Shown here: positions 49,509 through 64,000 of the stretch, in pieces
How the letters are laid out: each line of letters opens with the position of its first letter
Position numbering within the stretch: the first letter of the stretch is position 1
Assembly: GCA_963742735.1 (NCBI GenBank)
Contig: CAVUMN010000004.1
Coordinates: 1,512,306 to 1,576,305, forward strand
Length of the DNA stretch: 64,000 bases
Source of the DNA: an uncultured Actinomycetes bacterium
GTDB lineage: Bacteria; Actinomycetota; UBA4738; JBBDTT01
Direction: 5' to 3'
Notes under the pieces: generated by a model
Database searches by the model: none
What the model was told of the DNA's origin: nothing
What the model saw: the letters and a program-made list of their open reading frames with translations, nothing else
Made by a program: the position numbers and the translations under genes

Positions 49509-50904
49509 TCAGTGCGCGGCTGAGGTCGTGAGGCGTTCGAGGTTCGCCACGGCCGGCGCGGCGTGCTCGAGGAAGCGCTGCAGGGCCGCCTGCGCCGCCG
49601 GCTCCGCGAGCCGATCTGTCCAGCCCCGTGAGGGGTTCAGCCGCGTGCCGTCGACGAACGACTCGAGCGCCGCATCCTTCGACCAGCGGTAGTCGGATCG
49701 GAGGGAGTGCAGCGCCATGTCAGGCACATCCTCCGGACGGTCCGGGACGGCGTGTGGCCGGCACAGCCGGTTCTTCTCCTCGGGATCCCTGCGGGTCGCC
49801 TCGACGAACCCGATGACCGCGGCGCTCAGACAGGTCATCGACCACCGCAGCATCTGCAGGGTGATGCGGTCCTCGGTGAAGATGGGTCGCGTCGGGGATC
49901 GCGGCGCGCCCGAGGCCGCGCAGTGCACGTGCAGGGATCCGGGATCGGTCGGCACCGTCCCGTCGTCGAGCTCGATCTGGTCGCGGGTGATGGACCGGAT
50001 ACGCCCCATGCGAACGACGTTCCGCACCCGTCGCAGCTGTGCGAGCTCCGCGTCGTTGATCGTCGGGAGCTTGGCCATGGTGGGCATCACGTCCTCGTCG
50101 ACGCGGAGCAGGATCCGGTGCTGGTTCAGGTGCATCATGAACTCCTCGACGAGTGGACGCGAGGGCCCCCGCCTCGGCGAACCTGGACGCGTTCTCGATG
50201 AACGTCCAGGCCCGCTCTCCTGGCTGGAAGAACTCGCGGTTGGTCAGCCAGGCCTCCCGTGACTTGACCCACGTGATGGCGTCGGGGTCAGTCCCCTGCT
50301 CGAGCAGCCAGAGGATGGCGTCCATCGCGGTCTTGCCCGCGCCGGCGATCACGTAGCGCTCCGCCGGTTCCCCCAGCCGGGGCAGCGCCCCGACCGGAGC
50401 CCACCAGGCATCGGGCGCCACCGTGAACGGCGGGGGCGAGGTGGCCGGAATCTCGAACTGGAACGCCGCCGCGTCGACCACGGCCTGACGCGCGGTCACC
50501 TCGACCTGGTTGCCGGTGACCCGCGAGACGATCCGGCCCTCACCCGTGTGGTCGCTCATGGGCAGGTACTCCACCCGCCCAGTGGGCAGGAGGCGCTCGT
50601 CGAGCACGCGCTGGTAGTACCCGCGGATCTCCGGCGCGGTGGCGCGCTCGTATCCGCCGGCGTTGAGTCCCACGGCATCGACGGTGTCGGAGCCGAGCGG
50701 CAGCGAGTCCACGCCGTAGAACGCCGACGGCTGATGCAGGCGGCAGAAGTCGTACGCGTCGTTCCAGTGGCCGCCCGGCGCGTGCCGGCGGTCGACCAGG
50801 ACGACGTGCGCGTCCGAGTTGCCCACGAGCGCATCGGTGAACGCCATCCCCATCGCCCCGCTCCCGACGACGAGGTAGTCGGTCGTGATGCGGCCCCGGT
50901 TCAT
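49509..50904 (-). CDS. NAD(P)/FAD-dependent oxidoreductase, frameshift ~50150
   Basis: DYLVVGSGAMG, PGGHWND, LHQPS, GAGKTAMD; C-terminal part in another frame. Confidence 0.75.
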
Positions 50905-51000
50905 GGCTGTCTCATACCACCAACCCCACGCCGACCGCCACGGAAGAGGGGGCCGGTGGAAATTGACGACGCCCTCGGCCGGGAACAAGACTCCCCTTGA

Positions 51001-53220
<2,220 letters not shown>

Positions 53221-53270
53221 CCTCATCCTCTCGCGGGCTCCACCGGGGGAGGCGGACCGGCAGATAGCCT

Positions 53271-53989
53271 GACGCCCTGGGCTTCCTCGAGGAGGCCCTG
53301 AACCTCGCGCCCGAGGAGCCCGGGGTCCGGGCCTCGGTCCTGCGATCGCTCGGCCTCGCGCAGCAGAGCCTGGACCGGTGGCAGGAGCGCTTGGCGACAT
53401 GGAAGGAGGCGCTGCCGCTGTTCGCGGCGGCGGACGACCGGGACGGTGCGGGGCGCACGTACTCCCACATCGTGTCCCAGCTCATGACCACCGGGCAGCT
53501 CATCGACTCGTTCCAGATCACGACGGAGGGCCTCGCGACGCTGGGGGATCGACCGCGACTCCTGGGCGAGTGCCTGGCCCGGCAGACGTATGTCCATTTC
53601 GTCCTCGGCGAAGCCAGCGCATCCATCGAGGTGGGCCGGCGGGCGCTGGACGTTCTGCGCGGGTCGGGGGCGCTGTGGAACGCCGTCGAGCTGGTGGGGC
53701 CGATCGGGATCTTCATGCGTCTGCTCGGCCGGTTCGATGGGGCGCGCGAGGTGGAAGCCGGCGGCGAGGAGCTCGCCACGCGTCTGGCGCACCGCGGGGC
53801 GCTGGTGACGCTCGGGGCTGGTCGGACGTTCGACGCCCTCGCTGCGGGAGACCTGCCCACGCTGCGTCGCGACGCCGAACGCACCCTCGAGTTGACGCTC
53901 GACGAGCGGGCCACGGGCCTGGGGTTCGTGGCCCATGCCCCGCTCTATCCCCTGAGCTACCGGGGCCGTGCGGCCAAGAATAGCCTGCT
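53271..53989 (+). repeat. Degenerate duplicate of 46157-47786 (TPR fragment + truncated tRNA-Arg 5' piece 53940-53966 + promoter) with two internal deletions
   Basis: Near-identical to 46157-46441, 46565-46947 and 47737-47786. Confidence 0.9.
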
Positions 53990-54011
53990 GAGTCGGCGGT
54001 ACTCTTGTGAG

Positions 54012-54560
<549 letters not shown>

Positions 54561-54563
54561 CCG

Positions 54564-54597
54564 GCGGGCCGGCCCAAAGGGGAGAGGGCCGGCCCGC
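54564..54597. terminator. Hairpin between convergent genes
   Basis: GCGGGCCGGCCC-N10-GGGCCGGCCCGC. Confidence 0.6.
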
Positions 54598-54612
54598 GAC
54601 GTGCGTTCGGAG

Positions 54613-55776
54613 CTACAGGTTCGTGTACAGCAGGTGGTTGTTCGTCGTCTTCGAGCTGGCGACGACGCCCTTGGTGGTCAGGTTGTACAGGGCGGTCCGC
54701 ACCGACGCGGGTGAGGACGACGGATTCGACTGCAGGTACAACGCCGCGACGCCCGCCGTGTGCGGCGTGGCCATCGACGTCCCGCTGATCGTGGTCGTGG
54801 CCGTGTCGGTCGTGTACCAGGCCGAGGTGATGCTCACGCCGGGCGCGAACCAGTCGACGCAGCTCCCGTAGTTCGCCCACGACGCCTTGCGGTCGAGCGA
54901 GTCCGTGGCGCTGATCGTCATCGCCTCACCCACCCGGGCCGGCGAGTAGTTGCACGCGTTGGCCTGGTGACCACCCGCGTTGCCGTTGCCGGCGGCGATC
55001 GCATAGGCGACACCGTCGGTGATCGACCGGCGGACGGCCGCGTCGAGCGCGCTGGACGCGCCGCCGCCGAGGCTCATGTTCGCCACCGCGGGCTGGCCCG
55101 CCGCGTGGTTCGCCGTCACCCAGTCGATCCCGGCGATGACGCCCGAGGTGGCGCCGGAACCGGCGCAGTTCAGCACGCGGACCGCCACCAGGGTCACGCC
55201 CTTGGCGACGCCGTAGCTCGAGCCGCCTACCGTGCCGGCGACGTGGGTCCCGTGGCCGTTGCAGTCGTCGGCCGAACCGCCGTCGACGGCGTCGTAGCCC
55301 GAGACCGCACGGCCGGCGAACTGGCTGTGGGAGAAGCGGATGCCCGTGTCGATGATGTACGCGGTCACCCCCGCGCCGGTGTTCGTGTAGACGTACGTTC
55401 CGTTCGTGGGGCGGGTGCGCTGGTCGATCCGGTCGAGGCCCCACGTCGCGCCGGACTGAATGGTGTCGGCGGTGACGACGCCGTCGGCCTCGACGAAGTC
55501 GACCGAGGGGTCGGACCGCAGGGCGGCGACCTGCGAGGCGGAGAGGCGGGCCGCGTAACCCTTCAGGGCGTTCTCGTACACGCGTGTGGCGCGCACGCCG
55601 TACCGGCCGCGGTGCCCGGCGGCGGTGACGTGACCGGATCGGCCTGGGCCGTCGTTCAACACGACGATGTAGGCCCCCGCGGACCCCTCCTGGGCGGCGG
55701 GCGCGGCGAGGGCGGAGCCGGACAGCGCCAGCAGCAGAGCGAGCGCGACCAGCGTGGCGGTGGTGCGAGCAGACAC
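54613..55776 (-). CDS. Secreted S8 serine protease (aqualysin/proteinase K-like) with I9 propeptide
   Basis: Signal peptide; [29 protein letters not shown]. Confidence 0.93.
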   Translation of the reverse strand: MSARTTATLVALALLLALSGSALAAPAAQEGSAGAYIVVLNDGPGRSGHVTAAGHRGRYGVRATRVYENALKGYAARLSASQVAALRSDPSVDFVEADGVVTADTIQSGATWGLDRIDQRTRPTNGTYVYTNTGAGVTAYIIDTGIRFSHSQFAGRAVSGYDAVDGGSADDCNGHGTHVAGTVGGSSYGVAKGVTLVAVRVLNCAGSGATSGVIAGIDWVTANHAAGQPAVANMSLGGGASSALDAAVRRSITDGVAYAIAAGNGNAGGHQANACNYSPARVGEAMTISATDSLDRKASWANYGSCVDWFAPGVSITSAWYTTDTATTTISGTSMATPHTAGVAALYLQSNPSSSPASVRTALYNLTTKGVVASSKTTNNHLLYTNL

Positions 55777-55854
55777 GTCTGAGTGGTCGTGGACCGCCCG
55801 GAGCGCGCGCCGCTACGCTACGTACGTTCCCGAGCGAGGAGGGCGGCCGTGAGC

Positions 55855-56763
55855 ATGTTCACCCCGATGACGTGGAGCTCTCGTCCGCGCATCGCGCTCA
55901 TCGCCACCGGCATCGGCGAGCTCGTGCTGGCCGGCGTCTTCCTGCTCCTCGGGCTGGCCATCCCGGTCGTCCGGGGAGGGTTCATCCTCACCGCGGCGAT
56001 CCTGGGAGTGGTCGGGCTCGGGCTGCTCGGGTGGGGGATGAAGATGCAGCGCGGCTACCGCGATGCCCAGCGGCTGAAGGTCATGGGCAAGGAGGGGACC
56101 GCGCGCGTGGCCGGGATGACCCAGACCGGGACCACGTTGAACGACAACCCGCTGGTCGAACTGGACCTCGAGGTGACGATCCCGGGCCGCCCGCCGTACC
56201 GCGTCACCCACAAGGAGTGGGTCCCCCTGGTGATGCTGGGGACGCTCACCATGGGCGGGGCGCTGCACGTCCGGGTGGACCCCACGGATCCCTCGAAGCT
56301 GATGATCGAGTGGGACAAGGGTCCGACCCTCGGCCAGATCGTCACCACTACCCAGACCTCGTCCACCGCCCCCGGGGGCGTGGAGGCCCTCGGCGGGCTT
56401 GCCGCCGCGGCGCTGGCGGGCCTGGCCTCGGCCGGCATCGGCTCCACCAGCGTCACCAGCCAGAGCACCAGCCGGATCGACGTCAGCCAGGCCCAGGCGG
56501 ACGCGGCGCGCCTGCTCGCGAGCGGCGTCGACGGTCACGCCACGATCACCGCGGTGAACGACACCGGCGTCTCGTTGATGGGACAGCGGCTGTTCGTGCT
56601 CGACCTGCTGGTGAACGTGCCGGGCACGGCCCCGCACACGGTCAATCAGCCGTCGATGATCCCCGAGGCGTCGGTGGGCAAGGCGGTGGTGGGCACGACG
56701 GTCCCGATCAAGGCCGACGCGGCCGACACGGCGAAGTTCGCGATCGACTGGGCCCGGGCGTAG
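55855..56763 (+). CDS. Membrane protein with two TM helices and an internally duplicated beta domain
   Basis: G.A.V....TG...L.L.V..PG..P..V...D......I.W pattern occurs twice. Confidence 0.65.
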   Translation: MFTPMTWSSRPRIALIATGIGELVLAGVFLLLGLAIPVVRGGFILTAAILGVVGLGLLGWGMKMQRGYRDAQRLKVMGKEGTARVAGMTQTGTTLNDNPLVELDLEVTIPGRPPYRVTHKEWVPLVMLGTLTMGGALHVRVDPTDPSKLMIEWDKGPTLGQIVTTTQTSSTAPGGVEALGGLAAAALAGLASAGIGSTSVTSQSTSRIDVSQAQADAARLLASGVDGHATITAVNDTGVSLMGQRLFVLDLLVNVPGTAPHTVNQPSMIPEASVGKAVVGTTVPIKADAADTAKFAIDWARA

Positions 56764-56770
56764 AGAGCGG

Positions 56771-57205
56771 CTAGGCCGCGGCGCCGCGCGTCAGCGCCCG
56801 CATCAGCGCCGACGACGCGAACATCAGAACCAACCCACCGATCAGCCAGCCTCCAACCGGCATCCCCGTGCGGGGCATGTCGGTGCCGGTGGTGGTCGGG
56901 ATCACCGTCGGCGTCGTCGGGAGGATCGTCTCGGTTGGCGACGACGTGGGGGACGTGGTGGTCTCGGTGGGAGCCACGGTCCCGGTGGGCGTCACGGTCT
57001 CCGTCGGCGTCTCCGTCGGAGGCGTGGTCGTCACGGTCCCGTCCGGCGTGGGGCTCGCCGTCGTGATGGTGAACGTCGGGGTGGGGGTCCCGTCGGCCTT
57101 CGGCATCTCGTCGCCGCCGCGGACGACCGCGACCGTGATGCCCGCGGCCAGCAACGAAACGATGAAGATGGCGAGAGGCAGCGCGCCTCGACGTGCTCCG
57201 GGCAA
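56771..57205 (-). CDS. Thr/Pro-rich surface protein with LPXTG-like (MPRTG) C-terminus
   Basis: N-terminal TM, TPT-rich stalk, MPRTG + hydrophobic helix + Arg tail. Confidence 0.6.
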   Translation of the reverse strand: MPGARRGALPLAIFIVSLLAAGITVAVVRGGDEMPKADGTPTPTFTITTASPTPDGTVTTTPPTETPTETVTPTGTVAPTETTTSPTSSPTETILPTTPTVIPTTTGTDMPRTGMPVGGWLIGGLVLMFASSALMRALTRGAAA

Positions 57206-57325
57206 CGGTCTCCTTCCTTCCCCCTATAGCGACCGGCCTGCGGGACGGCACATTGTAGCATCGGCACCAAATGACTTACACAACTGTCATTCATGCCTGC
57301 TGACCTGCGACGATGCAATCCAGCG

Positions 57326-57396
57326 AGCGGGTGAAGGGAATCGAACCCTCGTCACCAGCTTGGAAGGCTGGAGCTCTACCACTGAGCTACACCCGC
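57326..57396 (-). tRNA. tRNA-Gly(TCC)
   Basis: GCGGGTG acceptor, CCAGC-ctTCCaa-GCTGG, GGTTCGATTCC. Confidence 0.95.
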
Positions 57397-57456
57397 GGCG
57401 GGCCGAACAATACCCGATGGAGAGGGCCGTGTCCCGCTGCGGGTACGATGCGGCGG

Positions 57457-58305
57457 ATGACTCGCGTCCCCTTCCGGCTGGTCGACGTCTTCGCGGAGGC
57501 GCCCTTCGAGGGAAATCAGCTCTGCGTCCTGCCGGAGTCGCCCGGCCTGGACGACCGACAGGCGCGCCGCCTGGCGAACGAGATCGGGTTCTCGGAGACG
57601 ACCTGGGTGCTCGAGGCCGAACCCGAGCGCTACCGGATGCGGATCTTCACGCCCTCCCAGGAGCTCCCCTTCGCCGGCCACCCCTCGCTGGGAACCGCCT
57701 TCGCCCTGGCCGCCCTGGGCCGAACCAACGAGACCGTGACCCAGGAGGTCCCGGCCGGCAGCTACCGGATCGAGGTCGACGTGAAGGGGGAGACCGCCCG
57801 GATGAACCAGGGCCGCGCGGTGTATGCCGAGGAGTTCGAGGACCGACAGGCCCTCGCCGACGCCATCGGCCTTCCCCTCGAGGGGTTGGCCCACGGGCTG
57901 CCGGCGATCCCCGTCTCCACGGGTGTCTTCCACCTGCTGGTACCCCTGGCGAGCGCCGGCGCGGTGGCCGCCGCCGATCCCCGGATGGAGCAGGTCGCCG
58001 CGATCACGAAGGCCGCCGGCGCGACCGCCATCTACGTGTTCGCCATCGACGGGCCCCGCCGGGCCGTCGCGCGCCTCTTCGCCCCGGGCGTCGGTGTGGG
58101 CGAGGACCCGGCCACGGGCTCCGCGGCCGGGCCGCTGGGCGCATACCTGGCCGAGCGCGGGCTGACCGGCGAGCTCAGCATCCGGCAGGGCGAGAGCCTC
58201 GGGCGCCCCAGCATCCTGCGCGCCGACCCCCAGGACGAGGGCGTGTGGGTCTCCGGCGGCGTCCACCTGGTCGGCGAGGGCGTCTTCGACCTGCAGGACG
58301 ACTGA
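57457..58305 (+). CDS. PhzF-family isomerase
   Basis: VDVF..FEGNQL, FSETT, RIFTP.ELPFAGHP, EDPATGSA. Confidence 0.9.
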   Translation: MTRVPFRLVDVFAEAPFEGNQLCVLPESPGLDDRQARRLANEIGFSETTWVLEAEPERYRMRIFTPSQELPFAGHPSLGTAFALAALGRTNETVTQEVPAGSYRIEVDVKGETARMNQGRAVYAEEFEDRQALADAIGLPLEGLAHGLPAIPVSTGVFHLLVPLASAGAVAAADPRMEQVAAITKAAGATAIYVFAIDGPRRAVARLFAPGVGVGEDPATGSAAGPLGAYLAERGLTGELSIRQGESLGRPSILRADPQDEGVWVSGGVHLVGEGVFDLQDD

Positions 58306-58330
58306 GCCCCCGCACCTACAATCGAGGCCG

Positions 58331-58405
58331 CGGGGCGTGGCGCAGCTAGGTTAGCGCGCGGCGTTTGGGACGCCGAGGTCGCCGGTTCGAATCCGGCCGC
58401 CCCGA
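58331..58405 (+). tRNA. tRNA-Pro(TGG)
   Basis: CGGGGCG acceptor, CGGCG-ttTGGga-CGCCG, GGTTCGAATCC. Confidence 0.95.
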
Positions 58406-58408
58406 CTG

Positions 58409-60358
58409 CTAGCCCGCGCCGCCCCCGGTCCCGCCGCCGCCCCCGCCGCCCCCGCCGCTGAACCCGCCGCCGCTGAAGCCGCTGCTCGAGGAGAACGACG
58501 ACGAGGAGATGCGGCTGGTCGAGCCGCCCGACGACACCGCGTGGACGAACACCGACGTGTGCGTCAGGGAGCGGTTCGAGAGCGAGCCGAAGAGGCCGCT
58601 GAGGGCCGCGGGCGGTACCTCCGCCCCGGTCGCCCCCCACGGAGTTCGCAGCTGCTGCGGCGGGACGAGCGCCCGGACCTGCTTCTCCACGAGGTCGGCC
58701 ACACCCAGGGCGGTGGCCAGGGACAGGTAGTGCTCCCAGATCACGACGGCCGCCGTCGGCGCGTCGGGGAGCGACGAGAACCCCTTGAGGAAGCGCCGGA
58801 ACGCGGCCCATCGCTGCATGCGCTCCGCCCGCTCGAGCGGGTAGCGGACCGGCAGGAACCTCCGCGCGACCAGCGGGCAGGCCAGCGTGACCCCGATGAC
58901 CGCCCACGGGAACCACCCGGGGAGCTCCGCGATGATCGTCAGCGGGATCGACCAGAACGGGCTGGTCAGCACCAGGATGACCAGCAGGATCATGCTCTTG
59001 CGCAGGCGGACCCCCCCGCCCCGGGCGGCTTTCAGGATCGCCTCCCACCAGTCGCCGAGCTTGTCGATCTGCTTCGCGGTGGGCTTGATCTCGTCGGTGC
59101 GAAGGGGCTTCCCCTCCGGGAACAGGGCGTTGACGAACTTCGCGTCCAGGTCGTCCCCCGGCGTGTGCCGAACGAGCAGCTCGAAGTCCCGGGCTTCGCT
59201 CACGGTCCCCATGGGGCGGATCTCGATGGCGCGGTCCGACGCCAGGTGCAGGATCTGCGCCCGGAAGGCGTTGGCAGTGTCGATCCTCCGTTTGTACATC
59301 GACCACTCGATGGCCAGGCGGGCCGGGCGGATCGCCGGCTCGGGGGGCTCGGTCAGCGTCCGGGGCACGCCGCGGGCTCGCTCGCGAAGGCGAGTGACGA
59401 TCACCATCAGCGCGGTCAGCAGCGGCAACCCGATCAGGAACCCCCACCCGAACTGCCGCGCGATGCGGTGGCGGCGCTCGGAGGCCCGGGCCTCGACGCG
59501 CAGCTCGTTGTTCTGCCGGGCGCCGGCGTCCTCTGTGGCCAGGATCGTCGCGAGGCCCTCGGTGCCGGACCGATAGGCGAGGGGCACCGCCTCGACCGGG
59601 AACGCGACGCTTCCCTCGACGAAGGTGCCGCCCGGGAAGTCCTCGGCCCGCAGCTCGATGGTCTGGGGATCGACCCGGACCACCTCGCCGAAGATGGGGC
59701 CGTGCCCCCAGGCCCGGGTGTCGGCCTCGGCCAGGGGCCGGGTGGGCAGGTCGGTGACCGCCGGCACTCCCACGGCGCGGATCGACGTGGGGTTGCACGG
59801 CACCTCGGGCCGGGCCGGGACCGGGTGGGCCGGGAGCGAGCCCTCCGCCCGGCCCGGGAGGTGGATCGTCACGACCGCGCGATCGGTGTCGACCGTCCAT
59901 CCCTCGCCGATGAACTTCCACAGCAGGTGTGCGGTGTCGGCGTAGACGTCGGCCGCGCACAGCACCCGGTACCGCACGGTGAAGGTGCGCCGCTCGTCCT
60001 CGGCGTCGAACCACCACGTGGCCTTGTACTTGAAGCCGCCGGGAGCCTCCAGGACCTGCTCCTCCAGCAACGCGTGCCCGGGGGCCTGGACGCCGTCGGG
60101 GATGTAGTCGGTGCCGCCCTCGGAGATCCCGAAGTCGACGACGTCGGCGAACGACTTGTGCTCGACGGTGAAGTACGCGAACGAGAACTGCCCGTGGAAG
60201 TCGAACGTCCGGTGCTCCACGATCGACAGGGAGCCGTCCTGGTTGACCGTCGCGTCGATGCGGACATCGGGGAACGAATAGGACTTTCCAACGCCGCAGC
60301 CCGCCAGCGTGAGCGCCGCGAGGCACAGGAGGAGGGTGAGCGCGCGGCGGGGCGACAT
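58409..60358 (-). CDS. DUF2207-type membrane protein
   Basis: VNQDGSL..E, WAAFRRFL, WEHYL..ATALGV, Gly/Ser-rich tail. Confidence 0.8.
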   Translation of the reverse strand: MSPRRALTLLLCLAALTLAGCGVGKSYSFPDVRIDATVNQDGSLSIVEHRTFDFHGQFSFAYFTVEHKSFADVVDFGISEGGTDYIPDGVQAPGHALLEEQVLEAPGGFKYKATWWFDAEDERRTFTVRYRVLCAADVYADTAHLLWKFIGEGWTVDTDRAVVTIHLPGRAEGSLPAHPVPARPEVPCNPTSIRAVGVPAVTDLPTRPLAEADTRAWGHGPIFGEVVRVDPQTIELRAEDFPGGTFVEGSVAFPVEAVPLAYRSGTEGLATILATEDAGARQNNELRVEARASERRHRIARQFGWGFLIGLPLLTALMVIVTRLRERARGVPRTLTEPPEPAIRPARLAIEWSMYKRRIDTANAFRAQILHLASDRAIEIRPMGTVSEARDFELLVRHTPGDDLDAKFVNALFPEGKPLRTDEIKPTAKQIDKLGDWWEAILKAARGGGVRLRKSMILLVILVLTSPFWSIPLTIIAELPGWFPWAVIGVTLACPLVARRFLPVRYPLERAERMQRWAAFRRFLKGFSSLPDAPTAAVVIWEHYLSLATALGVADLVEKQVRALVPPQQLRTPWGATGAEVPPAALSGLFGSLSNRSLTHTSVFVHAVSSGGSTSRISSSSFSSSSGFSGGGFSGGGGGGGGGTGGGAG

Positions 60359-60446
60359 CGTCCCGATCCTAGCCCGGGACGCGCCGGCGCAGATCTCTTT
60401 CAGGTTCGGCCTTCAGGACGGGCTCCCGTTTGCCGAAACCACTCCC

Positions 60447-60965
60447 ATGAGAGTCTTTTCCCGCGCCCCTCGTCTGGAGCCGGCCGCGGAACCGACGACC
60501 CTCGACTATGCGCCCGCGCCCCTCGCGTGGATCCGCGACCGCTCGGCCGACGCGTTCATCGTGGACCTCCGCAAGTTCGTGTTGTCCCGGGGCCTGGCCG
60601 CGATCGCAACCGGCGCCGGTCCCATCGACGTCAGCCCCGTCAGGGCCCTGTCCACCGGCGCCGCGGAGCTGGAGCAATGGCACGGCTGGTCGGCGGAGGG
60701 CAAGGCGTTCGTCGAGTCGCTGCGCGAGGGCGAGGTGCTCGAGCTGGCCCTCGCCCCGTACCCGCTTCTGGTGAGCAGGTTCATCGACTGGCTCGGCCGC
60801 TGGCGGGCGTCCGTGCACCGGCGCGCGCTCGAGGAGCTGGCCGACCTGCAGCGCGGCTTCACCGGCACGGACGCGCCTCGCCCCGGCGATAGCGTGGTCG
60901 ACGTGGGCGACGCCACCCTGCCCGCGTCCTGGCTGCACGAGCCCACCGTCGCCGACGCGTCCTGA
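60447..60965 (+). CDS. Hypothetical protein
   Basis: GC3-rich open frame without recognisable motif. Confidence 0.5.
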   Translation: MRVFSRAPRLEPAAEPTTLDYAPAPLAWIRDRSADAFIVDLRKFVLSRGLAAIATGAGPIDVSPVRALSTGAAELEQWHGWSAEGKAFVESLREGEVLELALAPYPLLVSRFIDWLGRWRASVHRRALEELADLQRGFTGTDAPRPGDSVVDVGDATLPASWLHEPTVADAS

Positions 60966-61019
60966 CCGGCCCCGTTCCCCGGAGGCTCGCTTCTTTGGGG
61001 TTCGTCTACGCTCTGCTCG

Positions 61020-62348
61020 ATGCAGACGACCGTTGAGGAGACCGACAAGCACACGGTCAAGCTGACCGTCGAGGTGCCGCCCGAGGAGTTCCAGCCCGAC
61101 CTCGATCGCGCGTACCGCCACGTCGCCCAGGAGGTCAAGATCCCGGGCTTCCGCAAGGGCAAGATTCCGAAGCGGATCCTGGACGTGCAGGTCGGCAAGG
61201 ACGCCGTGTACGAGCACTTCCTGCGCGACTCGCTGCCGGAGTACTACCTCCGCGCGATCCGGGAGCACCAGCTCGCACCGATCGCCGATCCCGATATCGA
61301 CCTCGCGAGCGAGCCCGAGGAGGGCAAGCCGCTGGTGTTCACCGCCACCGTCGAGGTGCGTCCCCGACTGGATCTCGAGGACTACAAGGGGGTCACGGTC
61401 ACCCGCCCGGCGGTGGAGGTCACCAACGCCGACGTCGACGCGCAGGTCGACCGGCTCCGCGAGCGCTTCGCCGAGCTCTCGGTGGTCGGCCACCCCGCCC
61501 ACAAGGGCGACTTCGTGATCGCCGACATCCGCGGCTCGATCCACGACGAGGAGATCCCCGAGGCGACCGGACTGGACCTCTTGTACGAGGTCGGCTCGGG
61601 CGGTCTGGTCGAGAAGCTCGACGAGGAGCTCGAGGGCAAGCGAGCCGGCGACATCCTGCGGTTCAACGCGGTGCTGCCCGAGCGCTTCGGCGAGCACGCC
61701 GGCAAGGAGGTCACCTTCCAGGTCCTGGTCAAGGAGATCAAGGAGAAGGTCCTGCCTCCCTCGGGTGACGAGTTCGCGAAGACGGCCTCGGAGTTCGACA
61801 CCCTGGAGGAGCTCCGCGAGGACATCCGCTCGAAGCTCGCGAAGATCATGGACGCCCAGGCCGACGCGGCCGTGCGCGACCTGGTGCTGCACGAGCTGAT
61901 CGACCGGGTCGACGTGGAGCTGCCCGACACGCTCGTCGACCGGGAGACCGAGAGCCGCGTGCAGAGCGCGACCGAGCGCGCGGAGCGGGCCGGCGCCACC
62001 CTCGAGGAGGCTCTGGCCTCGGGGGGGATGGACGAGCTGCAGTTCCGCTCGGACGCCCGTTCCCACGCGATCCGGGCGATCAAGGCCGACCTGGTGCTCG
62101 AGGGCGTGGCCCGTGCGGAGGGGATCCAGGCCACGCGGGAGGACCTCGACCGCGAGACCGAACAGCTCGCCGAGGCCATGGGCCGGCCGGTCAAGGAGCT
62201 GCGCAAGGGCCTCGAGAAATCAGGCCAGGTGACTCATCTGGCCGGTGATATCATCCGAAGCAAGGCGCTCGACCTCCTCGTCGAACACGCAAACATCGTC
62301 TCCAACACTCCCGCGGACGCACCGCAAGAAGGGGCCCAGGATGAGTGA
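61020..62348 (+). CDS. tig: Trigger factor
   Basis: [10 protein letters not shown] ribosome-binding motif; upstream of clpP. Confidence 0.95.
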   Translation: MQTTVEETDKHTVKLTVEVPPEEFQPDLDRAYRHVAQEVKIPGFRKGKIPKRILDVQVGKDAVYEHFLRDSLPEYYLRAIREHQLAPIADPDIDLASEPEEGKPLVFTATVEVRPRLDLEDYKGVTVTRPAVEVTNADVDAQVDRLRERFAELSVVGHPAHKGDFVIADIRGSIHDEEIPEATGLDLLYEVGSGGLVEKLDEELEGKRAGDILRFNAVLPERFGEHAGKEVTFQVLVKEIKEKVLPPSGDEFAKTASEFDTLEELREDIRSKLAKIMDAQADAAVRDLVLHELIDRVDVELPDTLVDRETESRVQSATERAERAGATLEEALASGGMDELQFRSDARSHAIRAIKADLVLEGVARAEGIQATREDLDRETEQLAEAMGRPVKELRKGLEKSGQVTHLAGDIIRSKALDLLVEHANIVSNTPADAPQEGAQDE

Positions 62349-62979
62349 CATGAAGGACTACCTCGTTCCCATCGTCATCGAGCAGACCAACCGCGGCGAG
62401 CGGTCGTTCGACATCTACTCCCGGTTGCTCAAGGAGCGCATCGTGTTCCTGGGCACGCCGATCGACGACACGGTGGCCAACCTGATCATGGCCCAGCTGC
62501 TGCACCTGGAGTCCGAGGACCCCGACAAGGACATCTCGCTGTACATCAATTCGCCGGGCGGCGACATCACGTCGCTGTTCACGATCTACGACACCATGCC
62601 GTACATCAAGCCCGACATGCAGACCATCGTCATGGGCCAGGCCGCGTCGGCCGCCGCCGTCCTGCTGGCTTCGGGCGCGCCGGGCAAGCGCTACGCGCTG
62701 CCCCACTCGCGGGTCCTGATCCATCAGCCGCACGGCGGGGCCCAGGGCCAGGCCGTCGACATCGAGATCCAGGCCAAGGAGATCCTGCGCTACCGGCAGC
62801 TGCTCGACCAGATCCTCGCCGAGCACACCGGCCAGACGCTCGAGAAGATCGGCCACGACACCGACCGCGACTTCATCATGACCGCGGAGCAGGCTCGCGA
62901 GTACGGGATCGTGGACGAGGTCATCACCAGCCGAAAGGTCCAGTCGGAGTTGGCGGCCGCGGCCGCCGCAGCGTCGTAG
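62341..62979 (+). CDS. clpP: ATP-dependent Clp protease proteolytic subunit
   Basis: [33 protein letters not shown]. Confidence 0.96.
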   Translation: MSDMKDYLVPIVIEQTNRGERSFDIYSRLLKERIVFLGTPIDDTVANLIMAQLLHLESEDPDKDISLYINSPGGDITSLFTIYDTMPYIKPDMQTIVMGQAASAAAVLLASGAPGKRYALPHSRVLIHQPHGGAQGQAVDIEIQAKEILRYRQLLDQILAEHTGQTLEKIGHDTDRDFIMTAEQAREYGIVDEVITSRKVQSELAAAAAAAS

Positions 62980-63042
62980 AATCCGGATCGGCCGGGAGGG
63001 TGCCCGGCCTGCCCCGTTCGCGGGGCGGGAGAGGGAGCGGGG

Positions 63043-64000
<958 letters not shown>

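Noticed and set aside
57270-57310. AT-rich inverted repeat AATGAC-N10-GTCATT downstream of tRNA-Gly as an att site or operator
   Set aside because: Only a 6-bp stem, with no partner repeat or integrase seen in the window.

Overview
High-GC actinobacterial chromosomal segment. The conserved backbone runs mec-moeB-cysO-cysM-murI-MBL-rph-rdgB-tRNA-Leu ... tRNA-Lys/His ... tRNA-Arg ... tRNA-Gly/Pro-tig-clpP-clpX, with accessory DNA between the tRNAs. Main observations: (1) a selenocysteine-containing SelD (in-frame TGA at 12281 plus a SECIS-like hairpin) directly upstream of a sulfur-carrier cysteine-synthesis cluster whose MoeB lacks a rhodanese domain; (2) tRNA-Arg(TCT) acting as a two-sided integration hotspot, with a 3'-end island on one side and, on the other, an ~18-kb series of cargo blocks separated by promoter-bearing 5'-half tRNA copies next to a tyrosine-integrase remnant; (3) a 350-bp internally deleted IS481-type element whose 15-bp target duplication overlaps the tRNA-Lys 3' end; (4) a SARP/adenylate-cyclase/ATPase/TPR regulator facing a cNMP-binding protein plus cholesterol-oxidase-like operon across four 11-bp-periodic repeats; (5) a SipW/TasA-like fibre operon. 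Several genes between 8.5 and 16.6 kb carry frameshifts that are probably sequencing errors. All calls come from reading motifs by eye; no database searches were run.
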